Below, piece after piece: positions 1 to 8,014 of a stretch of 64,000 nucleotides of DNA. A program made the position numbers and the translations under genes. Source of the stretch: a virus. Its lineage: Duplodnaviria > Caudoviricetes. Each line of letters opens with the position of its first letter. The stretch's first letter is position 1. Location of the stretch: IMG/VR virus record IMGVR_UViG_3300031867_000035, positions 12,296-76,295 of that record. One strand, given 5' to 3'. The notes below the pieces were generated by a model. It was not told the origin of the DNA and did not search any database. It worked only from the letters and a program-made list of their open reading frames with translations.

Positions 1-1
1 T

Positions 2-1210
2 AAAAAAGAAAACTCTTCAGCATTTATTATGCTTGATGATAAAGGTAATCCTATATATGATGGATATAGTATAAAAATGGGTGACTGGAATACTATAGAT
101 GGAAAAGAAATAGTAGAAAACTATTTAAGCAATGACCCTTCTGGTCAACGTAGACAAGAATTCTTTGGCTATTTAGATACTCAATTAGCAGGTCAGAGTA
201 GGTCAGACTTCATTGACTGGTTAAAAGCTAAGGGATATATGGAAAAAGATGGTACAATTCAAGGAGATACTAAAGAATTATATGGAAAATTCTTAGGAGA
301 ATCTGATGTATTTGCTAACTTCATTGAAAAGAAATTTGGAGATTTATCTCCTGAAGATAAAAAAATACTAGCTAAGAAATTAAATGGTTATGATTTAACT
401 GTAAACTTACCTGATGGTAAGACAACAACATATACCCTAAAAATTACAAAAGAATCAGGTGGTTCATCTGATGGTTCATCTGGTGGTTCATCTGGTAGTT
501 CATCTGGAAATGGTACTGATAAAAAGTCTACAGAAACATTTGATTTAATTCTAAAGAAAACATATACAACAGCTAATCAAGATGATATGTTAAATACACT
601 TTTTAATACAGATAGTAATGGAGAATTAACAAATGAAAATTTTAAAACTCTTTTTCAAACACTTGAAAGCTGTACTCAATCAAACCCAGATACTTGGGAT
701 GAAGATAATGGTTGGTGGAACTTTCTAAAAGGTACTTATGGATATGGAAGTTATGCTGAAGCAATAAATTCCTGGGCTACAGCAACAGATAATTGGGAAA
801 AAACAAAGGCTGTAGGAAAAATTCTAGAAAATATTTCAGACTCTATAGGCCCAGAAAATTTAGAGTTATTAAAAAATATAGCAGATAAATGGACAAATAT
901 GTCAAAAAGAGATAGAGAATTACTATCTGATGAACAAAAAACTTATTATGAAAAAGCTACAAACTTTATGACAAAAGTAACACAAATAAAAGAAGCTTAT
1001 GATTATTATAGTAGAAATGATTCAAACCCATTTACGTGGAGTTATGTAGGAGATACTTGGGCAAAAGTAAGCCATAGCTGGTCCAATATGAATTCATTTG
1101 GAGATTTCTGGGGAGCGTTAGGAAGTTCATTTAGTGCTGTAGGAACATCCGTTGTATCAGGACTCGGAGGACTCATTAAAAATTTATTTTTTACTTGGAC
1201 TTGGGATTAA
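2..1210 (+). CDS. C-terminal part (5'-truncated) of a large virion/ejection-type protein
   Basis: Frame is open from base 2 (KKENSSAFIM...), so the gene starts before the window. Gly/Ser linker GGSSDGSSGGSSGSSSG; C-terminal Trp/Gly-rich amphipathic segment (WSYVGDTW...FWGALGSSFSAVG...GLGGLIKNLFF). Function inferred only. Confidence 0.5.
   Translation, partial: KKENSSAFIMLDDKGNPIYDGYSIKMGDWNTIDGKEIVENYLSNDPSGQRRQEFFGYLDTQLAGQSRSDFIDWLKAKGYMEKDGTIQGDTKELYGKFLGESDVFANFIEKKFGDLSPEDKKILAKKLNGYDLTVNLPDGKTTTYTLKITKESGGSSDGSSGGSSGSSSGNGTDKKSTETFDLILKKTYTTANQDDMLNTLFNTDSNGELTNENFKTLFQTLESCTQSNPDTWDEDNGWWNFLKGTYGYGSYAEAINSWATATDNWEKTKAVGKILENISDSIGPENLELLKNIADKWTNMSKRDRELLSDEQKTYYEKATNFMTKVTQIKEAYDYYSRNDSNPFTWSYVGDTWAKVSHSWSNMNSFGDFWGALGSSFSAVGTSVVSGLGGLIKNLFFTWTWD
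461..508 (+). repeat. 12-nt tandem repeat (ggttcatctg core, 4 copies) encoding a Gly/Ser linker
   Basis: ggttcatctg at 461, 473, 485 and agttcatctg at 497. Confidence 0.9.
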
Positions 1211-1220
1211 AGGAGAATAT

Positions 1221-1493
1221 ATGAAAATTAATTGTTTAAATGGTAATATTATTGTAAGAGTAACTGAGGAAAAGGTTACTACAAAAGCAGGACTGATTGT
1301 TAATACAACAGAACAAAGAGGAAAAAGAACTATTATTACAGGGGAAATAATTTATTCTAACAGGAAAGACAGCTTACAGAAAGGAAGCATTGTATACTTC
1401 CCTATGTTTGCAGCTCAGCCGATTAGCCTTGATGGGCTAGACTACGCTGCAGTTAATGCGAAGGATGTTATCCTAGTAAAAGAAAATGAATGA
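1221..1493 (+). CDS. groS: GroES-like co-chaperonin (90 aa)
   Basis: Start moved to ATG 1221 behind aaggag RBS. MKINCLNGNIIVR...mobile-loop-like TKAGLIVNT...GEII...GSIVYF...DYAAVNAKDVI follows the Cpn10 pattern; lies upstream of GroEL. Confidence 0.85.
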   Translation: MKINCLNGNIIVRVTEEKVTTKAGLIVNTTEQRGKRTIITGEIIYSNRKDSLQKGSIVYFPMFAAQPISLDGLDYAAVNAKDVILVKENE

Positions 1494-1605
1494 TGCTCTA
1501 AAAATTATTTTAGTATTCCTACTTGTACTAATTATTGTACCTGTAATAATATGGATAGCATTAAGTAATGCAGATAAAAACAAAGATGAAAATGAAAAGG
1601 ACTAA
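1486..1605 (+). CDS. 39-aa single-pass membrane peptide (not in ORF track)
   Basis: MNDALKIILVFLLVLIIVPVIIWIALSNADKNKDENEKD*; start overlaps the groES end; fills the groES-groEL gap; one hydrophobic helix and a charged tail. Confidence 0.6.
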   Translation: MNDALKIILVFLLVLIIVPVIIWIALSNADKNKDENEKD

Positions 1606-1620
1606 TATTCAAGGAGATTT

Positions 1621-3135
1621 ATGAAAACAAAGCAAACAAAAATTATTAAAACAACATTTCAGAAAATGTCTGATATTGTAACACCAACAATGGGAGCGAA
1701 AGGAAGACTAGCTGTCTTACAGGATGAGCTATCCAGGCCTTTCCTTACAGATGATGGAGTCACTGTTGCAAAAGAATGTATGAATTTTGAGGATGCATTT
1801 GAAAAGATGATAGCGATGTCGATAATTGAAGCAGCCAATAATACGGAGAAGCGTGCTTTTGACGGCACAACATTAACTGTATTATTAACGAATGAGTTCT
1901 ACAAAGCAGGCCTTCGTCTAATTAAGAGAGGCAAGCATCCTCAGGAAGCAGCAAAAATTATTGAGAAGGAAATTGATGCAGCACTAGCTTACATAGCTAA
2001 GATTAAAAAGCCTATCACAGATAGAGACACGGTGAGAAACGTAGCGAACATCACTACAAAGATACCTGTGATAGGAGAGCTTGTAGCAAGAGCTTATGAT
2101 TATGCTGGAAATAATATGAATGTTGTTATCGAACACGATAGAAAATCGAAAGAGTCTTCTATTGAACACGTAGACGGTATGGTAATTGATTCAGGATACT
2201 TCTCTGATGAGATGAAGCAGCTATGCGACAGCGAAGGAAAATGGGAAGCGAACAATGCAAAGCTAATATTATTAGCTGAAGGAATGCTTACCAGAAATGG
2301 ATTGAATTGTCTATTTAAATCCATAGAAAATCCTAACCAACCATTAGTATTCATCTTATCCAAGGACTTTAATCCTGAAAGCTTAAAGATAATCCTAGAC
2401 AACCTAATCCAAAACAAGTTGAGGTTTATGATTGTCTTTATAAATGATAGTAAACCTGAAGAGGTATTCTTAGATATTGCTGCACGCTCTAATGGAAAGA
2501 TTCAATCTGCTACATTAGGAACAACGGACTACAGTTTAGAGTATGCTGGTACAGCAGACAAGATTATTATTGAACAGGACAAGACGACAATACTATGCAA
2601 GGGTGATGACAAAGCTATTGAAGCGAGAGTTAAATCCTACAGGAAAGAGCTAGAAGACAAAGAGTTTAACACGGGAATGATTCGTGCTGATGTAATAAAC
2701 CGAAGACTTGCAAACTTAACTGCAGGCGTAACAAAGATTAAGATTGCTGCACAAACAATTACTGAGTACACAACGATTCGTTTGAAACTAGATGATGCGA
2801 TAGGAGCAGTAAGATGTTCCTGTAGAGATGGAATACTACCAGGAGGAGGCAAAGCCTTATACATTACTTCTCTTATAAAGGAAACTAAGAACATTAAACA
2901 GGCACTTCAAAGTCCTTGCTTGAAAATCATTGAGAATGCAGGATTGAAAAAGCCTGGAAGAAATGTATTGGAGACTGAGGACCGTGGGCTAGATGTAAAT
3001 ACAAACAAAGTGGTTAACCTCTATAATGAAGGCATCATTGATAGCTTTACAAGTGTAGATACAGCAGTAAGAAATGCACAATCTATAGCTTGCAGTTATC
3101 TAAAAGCCTATATCATAATTAACCAAACTGCATAA
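1621..3135 (+). CDS. groL: GroEL-like chaperonin (Cpn60)
   Basis: TPTMGAKG, TDDGVTVAKE, DGTT, GMVIDSGY, KLDDAIGAV, GILPGGG, GIIDS motifs; RBS aaggag; no GGM tail. Confidence 0.95.
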   Translation: MKTKQTKIIKTTFQKMSDIVTPTMGAKGRLAVLQDELSRPFLTDDGVTVAKECMNFEDAFEKMIAMSIIEAANNTEKRAFDGTTLTVLLTNEFYKAGLRLIKRGKHPQEAAKIIEKEIDAALAYIAKIKKPITDRDTVRNVANITTKIPVIGELVARAYDYAGNNMNVVIEHDRKSKESSIEHVDGMVIDSGYFSDEMKQLCDSEGKWEANNAKLILLAEGMLTRNGLNCLFKSIENPNQPLVFILSKDFNPESLKIILDNLIQNKLRFMIVFINDSKPEEVFLDIAARSNGKIQSATLGTTDYSLEYAGTADKIIIEQDKTTILCKGDDKAIEARVKSYRKELEDKEFNTGMIRADVINRRLANLTAGVTKIKIAAQTITEYTTIRLKLDDAIGAVRCSCRDGILPGGGKALYITSLIKETKNIKQALQSPCLKIIENAGLKKPGRNVLETEDRGLDVNTNKVVNLYNEGIIDSFTSVDTAVRNAQSIACSYLKAYIIINQTA

Positions 3136-3140
3136 TCAAA

Positions 3141-3165
3141 AAGGTCTCTAATAAATAGAGGCCTT
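3141..3165. terminator. Probable bidirectional intrinsic terminator between convergent genes
   Basis: aaggtctcta-ataaa-tagaggcctt stem-loop, A-run before and T-rich tract after. Confidence 0.8.
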
Positions 3166-3184
3166 CTTTATTTATACAGTCAGA

Positions 3185-3634
3185 TTATTTCTTATAAATT
3201 ACTCCACCAAAAGAATGAATCTTTTTATTAGGAGATTCATAAGGCTGAATGTTTACCTGAAGCTTAGTGATTTTAAGTAGAGTGTTAAAGAATAAACTCA
3301 TCTGACTTAAAATATGAGCTCTACAGAATTCAGCAACCTCGCCAACCTTAGTACAAGACGCAAGGTTTAAGGTATGTAACTTAGTTAATTGAATAAAAGA
3401 TTCAGCTTTTAAAAATGGGTGAGAATCCACACGTAATGTATAAGTAAAATCAGGAGAATTATGATAAGTATCTTGAGAAGTAACTTTACAAGCTAAAACA
3501 TTTCCATTATCCACAGCAATAACCATAAACAAAGCTCTTTGAACATTACCATTAGCAAAGGTTTTAATGTTACCATTTAAATCAATATAAGGAGAAGTAA
3601 TTATATCGAAAGTCTTTAAAAAAGTGTAAGCCAT
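3185..3634 (-). CDS. PemK/MazF-like endoribonuclease-fold protein
   Basis: QRALFMVIAV...LACKVTSQ...PFLKAESFIQLTKLHTL...KVGEV resembles the PemK pattern (R-P-x-x-V-I; x-P-x-T-S; L-x-x-x-S-x-I-x-x-D-Q-I-x-T). Confidence 0.65.
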   Translation of the reverse strand: MAYTFLKTFDIITSPYIDLNGNIKTFANGNVQRALFMVIAVDNGNVLACKVTSQDTYHNSPDFTYTLRVDSHPFLKAESFIQLTKLHTLNLASCTKVGEVAEFCRAHILSQMSLFFNTLLKITKLQVNIQPYESPNKKIHSFGGVIYKK

Positions 3635-3635
3635 A

Positions 3636-4919
3636 TTATTTCACCTCCTTTCTATTCTTGCTAATAAACTTGGAAAATATTTTCCAGAAGAACCAAATCT
3701 CAACAGGAGTATACAAAGTATTAAGAGGATACTGAGCCTGATAAGCAGGATTAGTAGAACCAATAAGACTAGCTAACCTTCGCCATATATCAGACCTAAC
3801 CTCTAAATTACTCATATCAGAAACATAAGTAAGATATTTAATCATAAACTCAGGGCCAGTCTTAGGTTTGAATTCGGATAGATATGCTTTAATATCTGCA
3901 CGAGCAATAAGCATCTCATTAAAGTCTTTATATTCTTGAGGAGTATAAACAACTCTAAAATAAATATCTTTATGCTGCTCAATAATACTTAAAGTATGCT
4001 TTAAACCAGCACCATCGTGGTCTAAGGAAAGAATAATATTCTTACCAGACAAAGTTGAGATATGAGAAGATGTGAATGCTGTACCCATAGCTGCAACAAC
4101 ATTAGGAATACCACAAGTAACTAAAGATAAAGCATCCATATAACCTTCAACGACATAAACAGATGGATAAGACTTAGCTTTATGATAATTAAATAAAGCA
4201 TAAGACTTCTTAAAGAATGAAGTCTCACAAGAATTGATATACTTAGGAAGATTAGGGTCTAAACTTCTTCCACTAAAGGCTATAACATCTCCTTTAGTAT
4301 TAGTTATAGGGAAAATATATCTATCTGAAAAGACACATTCACCATAAGAATTATATAAACCATCAACTAAAGGAAGATTAAGTTGAATCAAAATATCTTT
4401 TAAAGATATATGTTTACCTTCATCAGTAACAAATACACTAGGACAATAACCTAATTTGTATTCGTCAATAACTTCTTTAGATAAACCTCTATCTTCAAAA
4501 TATTTTGGATTAGGATTGACACCAGATTTATAACAAAAAGCAAATAACTTTGCTACATAATTATAAGTCTTAGTGTAATCAAGATACTCCTGATTAGGTT
4601 GAGAAGTAGAGTCTTCATACTCAATATTAAAATGAGTGCAAATTTCTTTAGCAGCATCCACATCGGTTGCAAAGCCATAATAATTTTTAACAAAAGCAAT
4701 AGAATCACCTTGAGAACCACAAGAGAAACACTTATACTTATCAAGGATGTTCTTTGTCTTACCATAAAGACCGAAACAAGGCGTGTTAGTACCAGCACCA
4801 CAAATAGGACAACTCATTAAAGTGTTGCGTCTTCTCTGAGGAACAGCAACACCACACATATCAGTTAATACTGATAATAAATCAACAGATTTAGCAGCTT
4901 CAAATAATTTCATTTCCAT
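3636..4919 (-). CDS. dnaG: DnaG-type DNA primase
   Basis: N-terminal Zn finger CPIC...CFSC; FSGRSL...PKYINS; TOPRIM VVEGYMDAL and LSLDHDGAG. Confidence 0.95.
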   Translation of the reverse strand: MEMKLFEAAKSVDLLSVLTDMCGVAVPQRRRNTLMSCPICGAGTNTPCFGLYGKTKNILDKYKCFSCGSQGDSIAFVKNYYGFATDVDAAKEICTHFNIEYEDSTSQPNQEYLDYTKTYNYVAKLFAFCYKSGVNPNPKYFEDRGLSKEVIDEYKLGYCPSVFVTDEGKHISLKDILIQLNLPLVDGLYNSYGECVFSDRYIFPITNTKGDVIAFSGRSLDPNLPKYINSCETSFFKKSYALFNYHKAKSYPSVYVVEGYMDALSLVTCGIPNVVAAMGTAFTSSHISTLSGKNIILSLDHDGAGLKHTLSIIEQHKDIYFRVVYTPQEYKDFNEMLIARADIKAYLSEFKPKTGPEFMIKYLTYVSDMSNLEVRSDIWRRLASLIGSTNPAYQAQYPLNTLYTPVEIWFFWKIFSKFISKNRKEVK

Positions 4920-4930
4920 TTTTCCTCCAA

Positions 4931-5176
4931 TTAAATTTCGAAATTTTTAGCAGAATAACTGTAGTCAGAATCCTGAAGCCAATCAGGATTACTTTCAAGA
5001 ATAACATTAAGAAGATTTTCTTTCTCCTCAAAATCCCAAGAATCTTCAACTTGGTCATCAATAACAGCTAAAACAAAAGCAGGAGGGTCTATGAAAGAGT
5101 CGTGCTCCTCATCATAAACCCATACCTGTTTAGTATTAAAACCTGTAACTGCGTAACATTTCTTAAAGTTCACCAT
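4931..5176 (-). CDS. Small acidic hypothetical protein (81 aa)
   Basis: RBS aggaggtg; 18 D/E versus 5 K/R by my count. Confidence 0.75.
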   Translation of the reverse strand: MVNFKKCYAVTGFNTKQVWVYDEEHDSFIDPPAFVLAVIDDQVEDSWDFEEKENLLNVILESNPDWLQDSDYSYSAKNFEI

Positions 5177-5189
5177 AAAATCACCTCCT

Positions 5190-7487
5190 TTACATAAAGA
5201 ATTTCTTAGCTACTTCTTCATAAATATCTGAAGGTAACTTAGTAACAATCTCATCAATAGAATAAGATTTAATAATAAGACCATTAATATCTCTCCATTG
5301 GCGAGGGGAGAAATCTAAACCTAAAATAAACACCAAAGCGTTATCTGCAATAGCTTGAGCAATTTCAGTATCAAGATAATCAACAGAACCATCAGTGGCA
5401 ATAAGAACTATCTTATAATATTTAGCATCCTTAAAATAGTAATCATTTAAAACAAAGTTTAAAGCACCCATAATATCAGTACCACCTTCATCAGTAATAA
5501 ACTTAAGTGCAGTTGTTAATTCTGAAGGATTACTAAAAGGAACATCTAAATCAAAAGGCTTAACAAGAGTAGTATCATCAGTGAAGGTCAAAAGACAAGA
5601 TTGAATATGAACAGCATTAAAGGCATACATTAAACCTTCAAATGCTTGCTTAGCAAATTCAAGTTTATCTCCAGCCATACTTCCAGAGACATCTAATAAG
5701 AAATAAGCGAGAATATCTTTACCAACAGGAGCAGGATATTCTTCTTTATAAATATTTAAAGACTTCTCTACAAAGTAATCAACTATAGCTTCCTCATCTA
5801 GTTCTCCTTGTTCTAGACCACGAACAACAACATCAGATTGAGTATATAATCTCTGCAATACTGAGGTAGCTTCATTATAAATATCAATAACCAAATTCTC
5901 AGGCTTAGATTTAATATAAGAAGGAGAGAAATACTGAGAAACACCATAGATTACATTAGAGTTAATGCTATTAACAACATCCTCATCAAGAGAAAGATTA
6001 TCATCATACTCACTTTCAGAATTAAAATCTTGAGAAACATCTTTAAGAGCTTCTTCAAGTAAGTCTTTCATCTCTTCCTCAGTTAAAGAATCATTATCAT
6101 CGTCAGGAGAAGGAGCAGCTGCATCTTCACCACCAGAAGACTCGCTAGAATTATCTTCAGAGTCTCCATCAGACTCTTCCTCAATGTCTCCGTCAGACTC
6201 TTCCTCAGCATTAGAATCTCCCTCAGTATCTTCATTGGAATCTTCACCAGAATCTTCATCAGAATCTTCATTGGAATCTTCATCAGAATCTTCTTCAGCT
6301 TCAGCTTCATCTTCAATATCATCTTCAATATCATCTTCAGAATCTTCTTCATCTAATTCCTTAGAATCTTCTGTATCTTCGGAATCTTCCTCATCTGATT
6401 CTTCTTCGTCTGATTCTTCTTCGGAATCTTCAGAATCTTCAGACTCATCATCCTCATCATACTCATCATCCTCATCAGAAGAACTAGAAGAACTTGAACT
6501 AGAAGAACTATCGGAAGTATCTTCACTGTTATTAGGGCTCTCGCTATTAACACACTCGTCATCCTCTTCATCTTCTGATTCATCGCTAGACTGAGTAGAT
6601 TTATATAACTTAGGCTGGTCTAATAGGTCGCCAGCACTAGAAGTCTTACTACCTGCTTTATTAACTAGCACTAATAAATCCTTATAGATTAAAGGACATA
6701 AAGTACCAACAGTATATCTACATCTAAGCTTAGTATCTGTGATACGAATAGCAGTATCAAAAGCATCCAATGTTTCTTGAGACCAAGCAAAATATTCTGG
6801 ATGATTCCACATAGATTGAACATCCGAATCATATTCATTATATACTTTCATAATAAACCAGAAAAGCTTTTGCTTTATATTTAACTCAAAATTAGAAATA
6901 TTAGCAGCTTCAACTTGCTTTACTATAGAAGTAAAAGACTGAACAGGTAAAGCACCTTGAGTAATACGAATACCTTCTTTGAAAACCTTTATAATATAAT
7001 TTGTATTGAAATCCATACAGAATTTCTTTTGAATTACACTGTCTTCAACTACATTATTAACATACGTAATTAAGAATCCAGGTAAATCAGGACATAATTC
7101 AAGAGCATAAGCTTTTAAATTCTTGATAGAATCTGTATATAAATAATGACCTAATTCGTGTAATGCACAGAAGTCTCTATACATCTCAGCAAATTCTTTA
7201 TAAGTGGACTTCATATCATAATAATCACTTCCAGAGATTAAGTCACCATCCTTAACAGATAATGGATTAGCTTCAATAACCTTAAGAACAAGAGCTCTAG
7301 GATTAAAAACTATCTTATGATTAATCATATTGATAGCGGCAAGACCATTAAAATTGTTATCAAATTTTATAGAGATTTTAGAAGTATCAATAAACTTAGA
7401 TAATAATCTCTTAACATCACCAGGATAACTAATATAAGAAACAATATCCCTAACAAAGGATTGTAAATTAAAATTAAAATCAGACAT
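5190..7487 (-). CDS. Zincin (HExxH) + acidic linker + vWA/MIDAS protein (CobT/DUF2201-like partner of MoxR ATPase)
   Basis: ALHELGHYLYTD then NNVVEDSVI; long D/E/S low-complexity linker; FLLDVSGSM, GGTD and IATDG MIDAS motifs. Confidence 0.9.
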   Translation of the reverse strand: MSDFNFNLQSFVRDIVSYISYPGDVKRLLSKFIDTSKISIKFDNNFNGLAAINMINHKIVFNPRALVLKVIEANPLSVKDGDLISGSDYYDMKSTYKEFAEMYRDFCALHELGHYLYTDSIKNLKAYALELCPDLPGFLITYVNNVVEDSVIQKKFCMDFNTNYIIKVFKEGIRITQGALPVQSFTSIVKQVEAANISNFELNIKQKLFWFIMKVYNEYDSDVQSMWNHPEYFAWSQETLDAFDTAIRITDTKLRCRYTVGTLCPLIYKDLLVLVNKAGSKTSSAGDLLDQPKLYKSTQSSDESEDEEDDECVNSESPNNSEDTSDSSSSSSSSSSSDEDDEYDEDDESEDSEDSEEESDEEESDEEDSEDTEDSKELDEEDSEDDIEDDIEDEAEAEEDSDEDSNEDSDEDSGEDSNEDTEGDSNAEEESDGDIEEESDGDSEDNSSESSGGEDAAAPSPDDDNDSLTEEEMKDLLEEALKDVSQDFNSESEYDDNLSLDEDVVNSINSNVIYGVSQYFSPSYIKSKPENLVIDIYNEATSVLQRLYTQSDVVVRGLEQGELDEEAIVDYFVEKSLNIYKEEYPAPVGKDILAYFLLDVSGSMAGDKLEFAKQAFEGLMYAFNAVHIQSCLLTFTDDTTLVKPFDLDVPFSNPSELTTALKFITDEGGTDIMGALNFVLNDYYFKDAKYYKIVLIATDGSVDYLDTEIAQAIADNALVFILGLDFSPRQWRDINGLIIKSYSIDEIVTKLPSDIYEEVAKKFFM
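6150..6600 (-). repeat. Low-complexity, partly 12-nt periodic region encoding EDSx/SDEE acidic linker
   Basis: Repeated gaatcttcatca / gaatcttcattg units on + strand. Confidence 0.8.
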
Positions 7488-7499
7488 AATATTTTCCTC

Positions 7500-8003
7500 C
7501 TAAATATAATATTTTAATATAACTGATAATAAATAATTAGCAATTTTAGTAGTTAAATCCTCAATAAGAGGGTCAGTAACTGATTGAGAAGCATTGATAT
7601 AAGAAGCTGCATCAATACCATAATCAATATCATAATGACAATAACCTTCATTGACAGCGGCATAAGAATTAGAATCTTTGGCTGCTACAATGAAACCACT
7701 AGGAACAACAATACAGTTGTCGATAGTTTTGTTTCTTGTCATAAAATAAATCTTTGTAAGAAAACCACATCTAGAATGATAAGAAGGAATTCTTATCAAT
7801 AAACTTGTAGCAAAATAATTTCTCCAAGATTTAACGCCAGCACCTACAATAAAATTATCATAGAAACCACGAGAATCCTCACAAGCAAGAAGCGAGGTAG
7901 GAGCTATTAAAAGCTCCATACCTTTACTCTCGCATAATTCAACAAGTTTAATTTCTACTAAAGCAGAAATAAATGTTTGTGAAAAATTGTAATATGTAAC
8001 CAT
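7500..8003 (-). CDS. Hypothetical protein
   Basis: RBS aaggagg; packed in operon; no motif recognised. Confidence 0.75.
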   Translation of the reverse strand: MVTYYNFSQTFISALVEIKLVELCESKGMELLIAPTSLLACEDSRGFYDNFIVGAGVKSWRNYFATSLLIRIPSYHSRCGFLTKIYFMTRNKTIDNCIVVPSGFIVAAKDSNSYAAVNEGYCHYDIDYGIDAASYINASQSVTDPLIEDLTTKIANYLLSVILKYYI

Positions 8004-8014
8004 AGTAAACCTCC

